From Candidatus Aminicenantes bacterium (GTDB lineage Bacteria; Acidobacteriota; Aminicenantia; Aminicenantales; JAFGBC01), in contig OY969696.1 in assembly GCA_963702005.1 (NCBI GenBank), positions 640,001 to 704,000 of the forward strand: a stretch of 64,000 nt of DNA, written 5' to 3'. The notes beneath the pieces were generated by a model. That model was not told where the DNA came from. It saw nothing but the letters and a program-made list of their open reading frames with translations, and searched no databases. The position numbers and the translations under genes are program-made. This document shows, piece after piece, positions 45,290 through 54,755 of this stretch. Within the stretch, counting starts at the first letter, position 1, and each line of letters begins with the position of its first letter.

Positions 45290-46450
45290 TCAGCTCGAAC
45301 GCGTTTCGGCGCGGGCCGGGCCCGCCGCTCGTCCCAGCACCTCCCGGTAGGTGCTCCGGAACCGGTCGATGGTCTCCTCCCAGTGAAAGGTCTTGGGGGG
45401 GAGGTAATCCATTTTTCCTTGATAGGCGCGCCAGCAGGCTTCGGCCAGCAACTCGGCGGATCCGGGCTTGACCATGATGTGGCTGCCGAAAATGACCTCG
45501 GGTATGGAGCCGGCCTCGGTGGCCACGACCTTTTTCCCAAGGCTGCAGGCTTCCAGAACGGCGAAGCCGAAACCCTCGGACAACGAGGGGACGACGACGC
45601 AATCGGCCGCCGCCAGCCACTCGACGATCCGGTCATGGGGCAGACTGGGGAGCAGCCGCACGGAATCCGGCGGAAGTCCGCTCAGCGTCCGTTGAATCCG
45701 GCGCCAGATCCGCGTATCGCTTCGGGTCAGAATCAGGACATAGCGGGCCCGGGGGATCTTGCGGATGAGGAGGGGGATGGCCTCGACAAAATACTCCATC
45801 CCCTTCGTCAGGCCGGCCCGGCCGTAGGCCAGGAAAACGAAGTCGGGGCCGGCCAGGCCCAGCTGCTTTCGGGCGCCGTCGCGATCGACCTTCGCCTGAA
45901 GCAGCTCCGGGTCCTGCCCGCCGTAGATGATCTCGAGCTTCGAATCCTCGATCCCGAACGACTTCAGACCGCGCCGGGTGTAGCGGGAGATGGCCACGAA
46001 TTTATCAAACGGGAGAAGGGTCATAACCTTCTCAGTCCACCGATAGAAGGCCGATTTGATCCAGTTCGATTCGAAGCGCTTCCAGAGCGCTCCCATGAAT
46101 TCATAGACGAGGAAGACGCATTTCTTCCTGAGCAGGGCCGCGGCGACGAAGGCCGGGATCGCTCCGCCGTAGGATGCGGCTTGGATGATGTCGCAGTCCT
46201 TCCCCTGGGCGATGACATGGGGAATGGCCAGCAGGGCGTAAAACGACCGCTGGGCCCAAGCGGGCTTGCCGATCCGGAGTATCCGTAAGTTCTCTTTCTC
46301 TTCGATTCGAGGCGCGGCGGGAGCCGTCCTCATGGTCACGACCACGCAGCGGTCGCCACGGCTCGCCAGCCCCTCGGCCAGCTTTTGGACATACAGCTCC
46401 CCTCCGCCGACATGCGGAGGATAATAGTCGACGACAAAGCAGATCCGCAT
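45290..46450 (-). CDS. GT4 glycosyltransferase
   Basis: YYPPHVGGGE, KG, EGFGFAVLEA. Confidence 0.92.
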   Translation of the reverse strand: MRICFVVDYYPPHVGGGELYVQKLAEGLASRGDRCVVVTMRTAPAAPRIEEKENLRILRIGKPAWAQRSFYALLAIPHVIAQGKDCDIIQAASYGGAIPAFVAAALLRKKCVFLVYEFMGALWKRFESNWIKSAFYRWTEKVMTLLPFDKFVAISRYTRRGLKSFGIEDSKLEIIYGGQDPELLQAKVDRDGARKQLGLAGPDFVFLAYGRAGLTKGMEYFVEAIPLLIRKIPRARYVLILTRSDTRIWRRIQRTLSGLPPDSVRLLPSLPHDRIVEWLAAADCVVVPSLSEGFGFAVLEACSLGKKVVATEAGSIPEVIFGSHIMVKPGSAELLAEACWRAYQGKMDYLPPKTFHWEETIDRFRSTYREVLGRAAGPARAETRSS

Positions 46451-46610
46451 CGGCGGGCGAATCACGGAGTCTCGGAATCAGGGATGGGCATTCCCTTTTT
46501 GGGCTCCGCCGGAAATCGCCGCGCCGGGCGCCGAACCTCCCTTTCTGGCCATGACAAAATTATAGGGTCGGCCGCGCGGAGATGTCAACGACCGCCCTGA
46601 ACGGCCCGGC

Positions 46611-47504
46611 TCAGGACGAAGCGAGGGCAATCAGGGCCCGCATCAGCCGAAAGCCCTCGACGAAATCGGAGGCGGTGAAAGAGACGGAACGGCCCCCCGT
46701 CCTCTTGACGTTGGGAACGAACAGGGGAATCTCGGCCTGGCTGCTGGTGTGGAATTCGAGGTCGAAGGTGTACGGGGCGTTCAGCTTGAACGGCGCCGGC
46801 CGCGGCCGTTTCAGGTAGGCCTCCTTGGCCCCTTCCCGAAGACGTCTCAGGGCTTCCGCCCGGGGCAGCATCCGGGCCGCGGTCCGCCCGAGGCCGCTCT
46901 TGACGGCCACCGTGACCGGGCCATCCCCCAGGATGGCCCTCGCCTGCGCGCACGTCTCCTCGTCTCCGCTGATCATAATGACGGGCACGTTGTAAGCGCC
47001 CGCGACGGCCGCGTTGATCCCGAGCTCCGGCATCTCGCGGCCGTTGATCTTGATCGCCCAGACGGCGGAGCTCGAGATGGTGTGGTCGAGAACGGCCGAC
47101 GCCGTCCCGGCCCGGGCATGGTAGCCGATGAACAGGACGGCCTCGCAATCGGCGTCCACGCCCTCCATCATGGACAGGGGCTTGGGCGATCCGCTGATAA
47201 GGGCGGCGTCCGGGTCGAGGTCCGAGGGGAGAATGTTCCGCTGGCTTCCGTGGGAATCGTTGACGACGATTTCGCCCGCCCCGGCCTCGCGCAGGCCGGC
47301 GATTGCGGCGTTGGCGTCCTCGGCCATCCACTTGCGGGCCGCGTCGTAGTCGTGGCCGTCGGCCGAGGTCTGCTCCCCGTGGACGACCCCCCAGATGCCT
47401 TCCATATCGACGGAGATCAAGACTTTGTGTCCGGTCTTCACTTGAGCGCCGAGATAGACGATCAAGGCCACGCCCGCGGCAAGCAGAGCTAAGTATCTTT
47501 TCAT
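46611..47504 (-). CDS. M55 D-aminopeptidase (DppA family) with signal peptide
   Basis: ISVDMEG, VNDSHG, FIGYH, LDHT, SGD. Confidence 0.93.
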   Translation of the reverse strand: MKRYLALLAAGVALIVYLGAQVKTGHKVLISVDMEGIWGVVHGEQTSADGHDYDAARKWMAEDANAAIAGLREAGAGEIVVNDSHGSQRNILPSDLDPDAALISGSPKPLSMMEGVDADCEAVLFIGYHARAGTASAVLDHTISSSAVWAIKINGREMPELGINAAVAGAYNVPVIMISGDEETCAQARAILGDGPVTVAVKSGLGRTAARMLPRAEALRRLREGAKEAYLKRPRPAPFKLNAPYTFDLEFHTSSQAEIPLFVPNVKRTGGRSVSFTASDFVEGFRLMRALIALASS

Positions 47505-47593
47505 GGCTAACCTCGGATCCTTGGAATTCATTCCTATTATAAGCGCTCCCGCCGTAGAGGTCCAATTCTACGACTGAGCCTGTCCTATCTGAT

Positions 47594-47704
47594 TGACCCG
47601 TTCGCCGACGCCAAGCCCCGCCTTTCAAGGCGGGGATGAGAGCGAGGCTCAGGGTTAATCATGAACAAGCCCCGGCCTTCAGGTCGGGGAGTCGATGATT
47701 TGAC
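47594..47704 (+). mobile_element. Intergenic copy of the 108-bp MITE
   Basis: Colinear with 5547-5658; TTGAC at both ends. Confidence 0.9.
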
Positions 47705-47758
47705 AGCGGTTCCGCTCCTTGGATATAAGCAAGGGAGGGACGCCGGCAAGAAACGGCC

Positions 47759-48997
47759 ATGAAGCGCGCGGGTCTTTTTTTATGGTGGAAGGAAGCGGGA
47801 GTCCAATCCAGGCGCAGCCTGGTCGCCGCCGCCCTGGGCTGGATGCTCGACGCCTTCGACGTCATGCTCTACGCGATGATCCTCTCGACCTTGATGCGGG
47901 AGCTGGGGATGGGCAAGGGCGCGGCCGGTCTCCTCGGCTCGTTGACGCTGGTCGCTTCCGCCTTCGGCGGGATGATCTTCGGCGTCGTCGCCGACCGCTT
48001 CGGGCGGCTTCGGGCCCTGATGGGGAGCATCCTCATTTACTCGGTGTTCACCGCGGCCTGCGGTCTTTCGACCGGAATCGTGATGCTGGCCGTTTTCCGC
48101 GTCCTTCTCGGGCTGGGCATGGGCGGGGAGTGGGCCAGCGGGGCGGCCCTGGTCGCCGAGACCTGGCCGGCCGAGCACCGGGGCAAGGCGCTGGGGTTCG
48201 TCCAGAGCTTCTGGGCGGTCGGCTACGCCGCGGCGGCGGCCGTCTCGGCCCTCGTCCTGCCGATCTGGGGATGGCGAGCCGTGTTCTTCATCGGCGTCCT
48301 CCCGGCGTTCTTCACTTTTTGGGTTCGGCGCCGCGTCGAGGAGCCGGACATTTGGCGGAAACGCGGCTCGGGCGCCGCGGACGGACCGTCCGGATTCCGG
48401 GCCCTGTTCGTGCCGGACCGGCTCAAAACGACGCTCCTGGTGACCCTGATGAACGCCTTCAGCCTGTTCGCCTGGTGGGGTTTCAACCTCTGGATCCCGG
48501 CCTTCCTGTCCCTGTCCCGGGAGCAAGGGGGTGTCGGCCTGACCACGCGCGCGATGTCGGGGCTGGTCATCTTCATGCAGGTCGGGATGTGGCTCGGCTA
48601 CGTCAGCTTCGGCTACATCAGCGACGCGCTGGGCCGTAAAAAAACCTACATCGGGTACCTCGTCGCCGCTTCGCTCCTCGTCTCCCTCTATGCGACCACG
48701 CGCGCCCCGCTCCTCCTCCTCGCGTTAGGGCCCGTCGTAGCCTTCTTCGGGTCCGGCTACTTCAGCGGTTTCGGGGCGCTGACGGCTGAACTCTACCCGA
48801 CTTCGATCCGGGCCACCGCCCAGGGCTTTACCTACAACTTCGGGCGGATCGTGAGCGCGGCGGCGCCCTTCACGGTCGGGACGCTCGCCCAGGCCAGGGG
48901 CTTCGGGACGGCCTTCCCCCTGATCTCGGTCGCCTTCCTGGCCGCGGCCCTGACCTGGATCTGGATCCCCGAGACGCGCGGCAAAAAGCTGGACTGA
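47759..48997 (+). CDS. MFS transporter (sialate/aromatic acid-like)
   Basis: GWMLDAFD, ADRFGR, GMGGEW, AELYPTSIRATAQG, PETRG. Confidence 0.92.
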   Translation: MKRAGLFLWWKEAGVQSRRSLVAAALGWMLDAFDVMLYAMILSTLMRELGMGKGAAGLLGSLTLVASAFGGMIFGVVADRFGRLRALMGSILIYSVFTAACGLSTGIVMLAVFRVLLGLGMGGEWASGAALVAETWPAEHRGKALGFVQSFWAVGYAAAAAVSALVLPIWGWRAVFFIGVLPAFFTFWVRRRVEEPDIWRKRGSGAADGPSGFRALFVPDRLKTTLLVTLMNAFSLFAWWGFNLWIPAFLSLSREQGGVGLTTRAMSGLVIFMQVGMWLGYVSFGYISDALGRKKTYIGYLVAASLLVSLYATTRAPLLLLALGPVVAFFGSGYFSGFGALTAELYPTSIRATAQGFTYNFGRIVSAAAPFTVGTLAQARGFGTAFPLISVAFLAAALTWIWIPETRGKKLD

Positions 48998-49002
48998 AAT
49001 CC

Positions 49003-50463
49003 CTACTTGAGCTCGGCCCCGGTCAGGGGATCGCGCAGGTTGAGCCGGTGAACCTTGCCCAGCTTGTCGAGCGGCCCGGGCCACTTGTCGCCGCCCGCGT
49101 TGCAGGGCTCCCAGTCCCCGACGATCATGATCGCCGCCCGATCCGGGTGGATGTACTTTTGGGCGACCGCCTGGACTTGGGCCTTGCTGACCGCTTTGAC
49201 CTTATCCCGGTAGGTCTTGAAATAGTCCCTGGGCTTGCCGGTCATCTCCAGATTGGCGAAGCTGGCCATGGTCGCCTGGGCGGATTGGAAGTTGTCGGCG
49301 AAGCTCTCCAGATAGTAGTTGACGGCCGTCTCCATCTCGGCGTCGCTCACGGGCGCCGTCCGGATGCGGTTGAGCTCGTTGAGGATGAGGGAGATCGCGT
49401 AGCCGACCGTGGATGACTTGGTCTGGACGTAGCCGGAAAACGTCCCCGGGAAACCCCAGCGGTAGGCGAAGCGGCTGCCCTGGTTGTAGGAGAGGCCCTC
49501 ATCGGAACGGACCTTGGTCGTGATCCGGGAGGTGAAGCTCCCGCCGCCCAGGATGAAGTTCATGACCTGGACCGCGAAATAGTCGGGGTTGGTGTCCTCG
49601 ATGCCCAGGTGGCCGAGGCTGATGTAGCCCTGGTTGATCTGCTTCTGGATGAAGTAAACGCCCGGCTCGGTCTGGGGGAAGGATTTGGCGAAGGCCGGGA
49701 TCTGAAGGCCGCGGTTGTTCCAGGCGCCGGCCAGGAGGTTGATCTTGGCCTTGAGATCGGCCTTGGCGAAGTCGCCCGACACGGCCAGGATGATGTTCTT
49801 GGGGAAGAAATATTTGGAATGGAAGGCCTTCAAATCCGCGGGTGTCATCCCGTCGTAGGTCGCTTTGCTCGGCTGCCAGGTCAAGGGGTGATCGCCGTAG
49901 AGGAGCGCCTCGTATTCGCGGCTCAGGATCTGGGCGGGCTGGTCGTTGGCCTGGCGGAGCTGATCGATCAACCGGGCTTTGGCCAGCTTGACCGCGTCCT
50001 CGCGGAACTCGGGGTTGCGCAGGACGTCGAAGAAGATGGCCAGCCCCTCGTCCAGATCCTTGCTCAGGACGGACATGGCCAGCTGGGAGGTCCGCTCCCC
50101 GGTCATGAAGGCGAGCGTCGCGCCCAGGAAATCGACCCGGTCTTCGATCGCCGAGCCGTCGCGGGTCTTGGTCCCGCCCTTGATGAGCGTCTGGCCCATC
50201 AAGCCGGCCAGGCCGGTCTTGTCCTTGGGAGCGTAGATCTCGCCGAAGTTGACGAGGGCCGTAATGCTGACCAGGGGGAGGCCGCGGTCTTCCTGGATGT
50301 AAGCCCGCAGGCCGCCGGCGAGCTCGGTCCGGAAGGCCTTGGGATCGGGCGGATCGTACTTGAGGCCCGGGTACTTGAGGTCGGACGGCTTCGTCGCTTG
50401 CGCCAAACCCAGGGCCGCGAAGAGAACCGCGATGGCCAGAATCGTTGTCAGCGTCTTTTTCAT
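49003..50463 (-). CDS. M16 peptidase, non-catalytic subunit
   Basis: GGGSFTSRITTKVRSDEGLSY; lacks HxxEH. Confidence 0.9.
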   Translation of the reverse strand: MKKTLTTILAIAVLFAALGLAQATKPSDLKYPGLKYDPPDPKAFRTELAGGLRAYIQEDRGLPLVSITALVNFGEIYAPKDKTGLAGLMGQTLIKGGTKTRDGSAIEDRVDFLGATLAFMTGERTSQLAMSVLSKDLDEGLAIFFDVLRNPEFREDAVKLAKARLIDQLRQANDQPAQILSREYEALLYGDHPLTWQPSKATYDGMTPADLKAFHSKYFFPKNIILAVSGDFAKADLKAKINLLAGAWNNRGLQIPAFAKSFPQTEPGVYFIQKQINQGYISLGHLGIEDTNPDYFAVQVMNFILGGGSFTSRITTKVRSDEGLSYNQGSRFAYRWGFPGTFSGYVQTKSSTVGYAISLILNELNRIRTAPVSDAEMETAVNYYLESFADNFQSAQATMASFANLEMTGKPRDYFKTYRDKVKAVSKAQVQAVAQKYIHPDRAAIMIVGDWEPCNAGGDKWPGPLDKLGKVHRLNLRDPLTGAELK

Positions 50464-50474
50464 GGTCGTCCTCC

Positions 50475-51992
50475 TTACCGCCCCATCTTCCTGCGATAGA
50501 CGGCCGTCAGGCTGTTGTCCTTGACGAAATACGCGGCGGCGACGCGCTTGATGTCGTCATTAGTGACCTTCTTGAGGGCGTCGAGGTCGTCCAGGACCGA
50601 TCGCCAGCCCCGGTTGAGCTCGGCCCGCCCGATCCGGGAGGCCAATCCCATCGTGCTCTGGAGGCTGCGCAGGAAGTTGGCTTCGCCCCGGTTCTTGGCC
50701 TTCTGGATCTCCTCGTCGGTCGCGCCCTCCTTTTTGATCTTCTCAATCTCCGCCCAGATCTCGCGCTCCAAGTCCTCGGGCTGGACGTTCTTGTCGATGC
50801 GCGGCATGGCGCTGAACTGGAAAGCGCCGACGTACCATTGGGAGCGGCTCGAGGCGGAAGCGCTGACGGCCAGCTCCTTGTCCCGGACCAGGAGCTTGTA
50901 GAGCCGGCCCGTCCCGCCCCCGAAGCCGCCGCCGAAGCGGAATCCGCCGCCGCCCGTGCCCAGCACGTCGGCCAGGAGCGCCAGCGGCGCCGCGTCGGGC
51001 TGTCCTTCCTGCGGGATGTGGAACATGATCTGGAGGCTGGTCGGAGCCGGGCCTTCGCCGACCATCCGCTTCTCGCTGTACTGGGCCGGTTCATAAGTCC
51101 GGACCGGCTCGACGTCGGGCCCCTTGGGGATGCGGCCGAAGTACTGTTCGGCCAGGGCGATGATGTGGGCCGGGTCGAAGTCGCCCACGTAAATGGCCAC
51201 GGCGTTGTTGGGGATGTAGGAGGCGTTGTGGAATTCGATCAGATCCCGTTTGGTCATCTTGCGCAGGTCGTCCATCCAGCCGACGACGTCCCAGTGGTAG
51301 GGCGAGGCGGCGTAGAAGGCGGCGTTGACCTGCTCGTTGAAGAGATACCCCGGCCGGTTTTCGCTCAACCGGCGCTCCTCCATGACGACGTCCTTTTCAG
51401 AATAGAACTCGCGGAAGTAGGCGTTGGCCATCCGGTCCGACTCGAGCAGCATCTGGAGCTCGACCTTGTTCGAGGGCAGGGTCACGTAATAGCCCGTGTT
51501 CTCGTTCCCGGTCGAGGCGTTGAGGCCGGTCCCGCCGTTCTTCATATAGTAAGTCCACAGATCGTCCTTGATGATGTACGCCTTCTCGGCCTTGACAAGC
51601 TCGTCGACCTCCGCCTGCCAGCGGGCGACCTGGGCCTTGTCGCCGCCGTCGGCATTCCAGTACTTTTCCCGGTAGATCTTGTCCATGAGGTCGTCGATCC
51701 GGCGGTCGATCTCGGAGTCTTTGGCGAAATCGGTGACGCCCATGATCCGCGTCCCTTTGAACATCATGTGCTCGTGGACGTGGGCGATCCCGGTGATGCC
51801 GGGCCGCTCGTTGATCGAGCCGACCTTGTAGTAAACGTGACAGACGACGCGGGGCACGCCCGGCCGGGGGATCATCAGGATCTTCATCCCGTTCCCGAGG
51901 ACGTGCTCCTTGACGTCGAGCGTCAGGGAACCGGCCGCGGCCGCTCCCGCCAGCGCCAAGAGAGCCAAGGCGACCATCCAGGTCCGTCTCAT
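50475..51992 (-). CDS. M16 peptidase, catalytic subunit
   Basis: HVHEH, NAST, EKDVVMEERR; signal peptide. Confidence 0.92.
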   Translation of the reverse strand: MRRTWMVALALLALAGAAAAGSLTLDVKEHVLGNGMKILMIPRPGVPRVVCHVYYKVGSINERPGITGIAHVHEHMMFKGTRIMGVTDFAKDSEIDRRIDDLMDKIYREKYWNADGGDKAQVARWQAEVDELVKAEKAYIIKDDLWTYYMKNGGTGLNASTGNENTGYYVTLPSNKVELQMLLESDRMANAYFREFYSEKDVVMEERRLSENRPGYLFNEQVNAAFYAASPYHWDVVGWMDDLRKMTKRDLIEFHNASYIPNNAVAIYVGDFDPAHIIALAEQYFGRIPKGPDVEPVRTYEPAQYSEKRMVGEGPAPTSLQIMFHIPQEGQPDAAPLALLADVLGTGGGGFRFGGGFGGGTGRLYKLLVRDKELAVSASASSRSQWYVGAFQFSAMPRIDKNVQPEDLEREIWAEIEKIKKEGATDEEIQKAKNRGEANFLRSLQSTMGLASRIGRAELNRGWRSVLDDLDALKKVTNDDIKRVAAAYFVKDNSLTAVYRRKMGR

Positions 51993-52084
51993 GGTTGTGA
52001 GCCTCCTGTCCGAAGATCGAAAGAAACTACGATAGCACTAGGCCCCGGAGAGGTCAAACGGTTGATATAACTTGGTCATGTTTT

Positions 52085-52209
52085 GGGCCGTCGTCGAGGC
52101 CGTCTGAAAGCCCCCGTAGCGGAGGGGGACCCGGCGCTTTTGCCGCCGGGGGAACCGACGGGACTGGTTCCCGGGGGTCGGGGGCTAAGGACGGCTTCGG
52201 CGACGGCCC
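52085..52209 (-). repeat. Structured intergenic repeat, copy B
   Basis: Reverse complement shares its core with 4175-4296; has its own terminal stem gggccgtcgtcgaggccgtc/gacggcttcggcgacggccc. Confidence 0.85.
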
Positions 52210-52224
52210 TTATTGTCGGTTGAT

Positions 52225-54168
52225 TCAGAACGAGACACGGACGCCCGCGGTCAGGGACCGGCCCGGCGCGCCGTAGCCGAAGACGGTCTGATAAGTCTCG
52301 TCGAGGAGATTCTCGACGGCCAGGTGGACTTCGAAGCCGGGACTGAGGTCGAAGGCGACCAGGGCGCCCAGGAGCGTGTAGCCGGAAAGGGACACGGGAA
52401 CCGCGGTCCAGGATGTGGCGTCGATGTCCCGCCTCGGGCCGACATGTTCGAACGCGATCCGGAAAGAGGTGGCCGCGAACAGGCGCCCCTCGGCGGAAGC
52501 CGTGAATTTGTCCTTGGGCCGGCGGAGGAGCGGAATCCCTCCGCTGAGGTCGCGGGCGTTCTGATGGGTCCAGGCGGTCCGGAAGGTCAAGTCCGCCGTG
52601 GGCCGGCCGACGGCGGCGAATTCGACGCCGCGCGAGCGGGCCCGTCCGATATTGATGTAGCCGCTCAGGAAATCGAAGGAGATGAGGTCGGAGAACGAGT
52701 TTGAGAAGTAGGTTGCCTCGACCTCGAACCGGCCGGCCCCGAATATCTGAACGATTCCGCAATCCCAGCCTTGGCTCCTTTCGGGCTTGAGGGCCGTATT
52801 CCCGATCGGCCCCCAGGCCGTGGGCGGGGCGTAAAGCTGGTAAAGGGAAGGCGATTTGAATCCCGTACCGAAAGACGCCTTAAGCCGCGTCCCCCAGCTC
52901 GAGATGAGAATTGATGGGGCGACCCGGACGGTCAGGGCCGATCCCGACCGGCTGTGGCGGTCCCAGCGGAGGCCGGCCGAAGCGAAGAAGCGGCCCGCCA
53001 AGCTGACCTGGTCCAGGGCATAGAGCCCGACGGTCGTCGCCTTCGTCCTGGGGAAATCGCTCCGGTAGGGTCCCCAGATCCCCTCGGATTCGTAGGACGA
53101 TTCGGCCGTTTCCTCCTCGAGCTCGGCGCCGAAAGTCAGGGTGTCGGCGGGATGGAGGTACAGGAGGTTTTGCCAGTCGAGCTTGAGAAGACGGCCCTGG
53201 AAGCGGCCCGCCTCGGAATCCCAGGGATGCTCGGGATCGACCTGATTTGTGTTCCGGCGGTCCGACTCGACCAGGGCGACGCCCCATCTCTGTTCCCAGC
53301 GGTCGAGGACGAGCGTCCGGAAGCGGCCGTGAACGAACAGCGAGCGGTAGTTCTGGACGCTGTTGGGGTCGTCCCCGTAGGGGCCGCCGAAGTTGTCGAG
53401 CTCGCTGCGGGCCGAAACGGTCCGGAAGGAAAAATCGAGGTCGGACCGGCCGGAGAGGGCAAGCCCGGCCCGCCCCGAAACGGAATAATTCCGGTAGCCG
53501 TCCCGCTCGCCGTTTCCGGGGAGGCGCGCGTCGGCGGCTGAAATCCCTCTCGTCCCAAACGAAGACGCGGCAAGGGAGAAGTCCAGGGCACGGGCCGAGC
53601 CCGAGACTCCGAATGTTGAAGCCAGGGTTCGGAATGAGCCGGCCTGGGCGGACAGAAACGCCTTGGGCTTGCCCTGACCCTTCCGGGTCACGATGTTGAC
53701 GATCCCCCCGATCGCGTCCGAGCCGTAGAGAGTGCCCTGGGGGCCGCGCAGGACCTCGATCTGCTCCACGTTCGCCGTCGAGAGATGGGCCAGGTCGAAG
53801 GATCGTGATGGAGTCACCGGGTCGTTGAGCTCGACGCCGTCGAGAAGGACGAGGGTGTGCTCGGAATTCGCTCCGCGCAGGAACAGGGAAGCGGCCCCTC
53901 CCCGGCCGCCGTTCTGGATGGAGGCGGTTCCCAGGACTTCTTCCAGGACTTCGAGCACCGTCGTCTTTTTCATCCGGGCCAGGTCGTCCGCCGTGATGAC
54001 GGTGACGGCGCCGGCCAGCTCCTTGAGCGGCGTCTCGATCCGGCCGGCCTGGACGATGATTTCATGCCGTTGGACGGGGATGACGGTCTTTTCGGCTTGG
54101 CCGCCGGTCCCGGGCGGAAGGGCGGTCTGAAGCAGAACGAGCAGGCAGAATCCGATGGATGGAAACAT
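52225..54168 (-). CDS. btuB: TonB-dependent cobalamin receptor
   Basis: Plug motifs LRGANSEHTLVLLDG, IEVLRGPQGTLYGSDAIGG; C-terminal Phe; preceded by a B12 riboswitch. Confidence 0.88.
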   Translation of the reverse strand: MFPSIGFCLLVLLQTALPPGTGGQAEKTVIPVQRHEIIVQAGRIETPLKELAGAVTVITADDLARMKKTTVLEVLEEVLGTASIQNGGRGGAASLFLRGANSEHTLVLLDGVELNDPVTPSRSFDLAHLSTANVEQIEVLRGPQGTLYGSDAIGGIVNIVTRKGQGKPKAFLSAQAGSFRTLASTFGVSGSARALDFSLAASSFGTRGISAADARLPGNGERDGYRNYSVSGRAGLALSGRSDLDFSFRTVSARSELDNFGGPYGDDPNSVQNYRSLFVHGRFRTLVLDRWEQRWGVALVESDRRNTNQVDPEHPWDSEAGRFQGRLLKLDWQNLLYLHPADTLTFGAELEEETAESSYESEGIWGPYRSDFPRTKATTVGLYALDQVSLAGRFFASAGLRWDRHSRSGSALTVRVAPSILISSWGTRLKASFGTGFKSPSLYQLYAPPTAWGPIGNTALKPERSQGWDCGIVQIFGAGRFEVEATYFSNSFSDLISFDFLSGYINIGRARSRGVEFAAVGRPTADLTFRTAWTHQNARDLSGGIPLLRRPKDKFTASAEGRLFAATSFRIAFEHVGPRRDIDATSWTAVPVSLSGYTLLGALVAFDLSPGFEVHLAVENLLDETYQTVFGYGAPGRSLTAGVRVSF

Positions 54169-54193
54169 CGACTTTTTCTCCTCGGCCCCCGCT

Positions 54194-54235
54194 CAAAAAA
54201 AATACGTCCTGTCTTCCTCCCGAAGACGGGTGCGC
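54194..54235 (-). terminator. Intrinsic terminator (riboswitch expression platform)
   Basis: Hairpin gtcttc/gaagac followed by a T8 tract on the minus strand, between the aptamer and btuB. Confidence 0.7.
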
Positions 54236-54239
54236 GAGG

Positions 54240-54393
54240 CTTAAGGGAGGTCTCCTGACTCCCGGATCATTCTCCTCCCAGGCCTTCCTCGCCCCTTGGC
54301 GAGTGGCATCCTCTGGGATTCGTCCCCGGTTACAGTAGCGGGGGCTGTGTCCGCATCTCACGGACTTCCCTCGCCGTTAAACCCGTCCTTAAG
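54240..54393 (-). ncRNA. Cobalamin riboswitch
   Basis: Minus strand AGGGAAGTCCGTGAGATGCGGAC, CCCCGCTACTGTAA, GCCACT, GGAAGG, AGTCAGGAGACC; closing stem cttaagg/ccttaag. Confidence 0.93.
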
Positions 54394-54419
54394 ATAGCAC
54401 GACCCGGGCCGATGTCAAG

Positions 54420-54519
54420 TAGATTTGGGGTCAATAGATTTGGGGTCAAACCTACACTTTATCACTTAGTGCAAAATTCAAATTTGCCCTTTTTGCCAAA
54501 GTGTAGGTTTGACCCCAAA
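54420..54519. repeat. REP-like inverted repeat (GGGGTCAAACCTACACT family) with end duplication
   Basis: 22-bp perfect arms at 54439-60 and 54498-519; tagatttggggtcaa x2 at 54420-54449. Confidence 0.9.
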
Positions 54520-54755
54520 GAGAAATAGGCCGCCCGTCTTTCGCGAGAAAGACAAAGCAGCCTATTCGAGGGAATGGATGAGTAGATAAGCGGGATGTAT
54601 TGAGAAACTCCCGGCAAAGAGGAGGGGAAAAAAGGAGGTTTGGCCTTTGTTTCTCATTCCATGAATATATACGCCGACCCTGCCGGAAAAGTTGCAGGGG
54701 AATAGAAAATTCGACGCTTGAATCTTTTAGGCTTTCTCTCCCCGCCCTTGCTAAC
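54517..54755 (-). ncRNA. Candidate ~240-nt small RNA
   Basis: TTGCAT-16-TATAAT promoter with TG extension (54789-54762); no ATG-started ORF of note; 3' hairpin aataggctgc...gcggcctatt followed by a U-rich tail. Confidence 0.5.
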
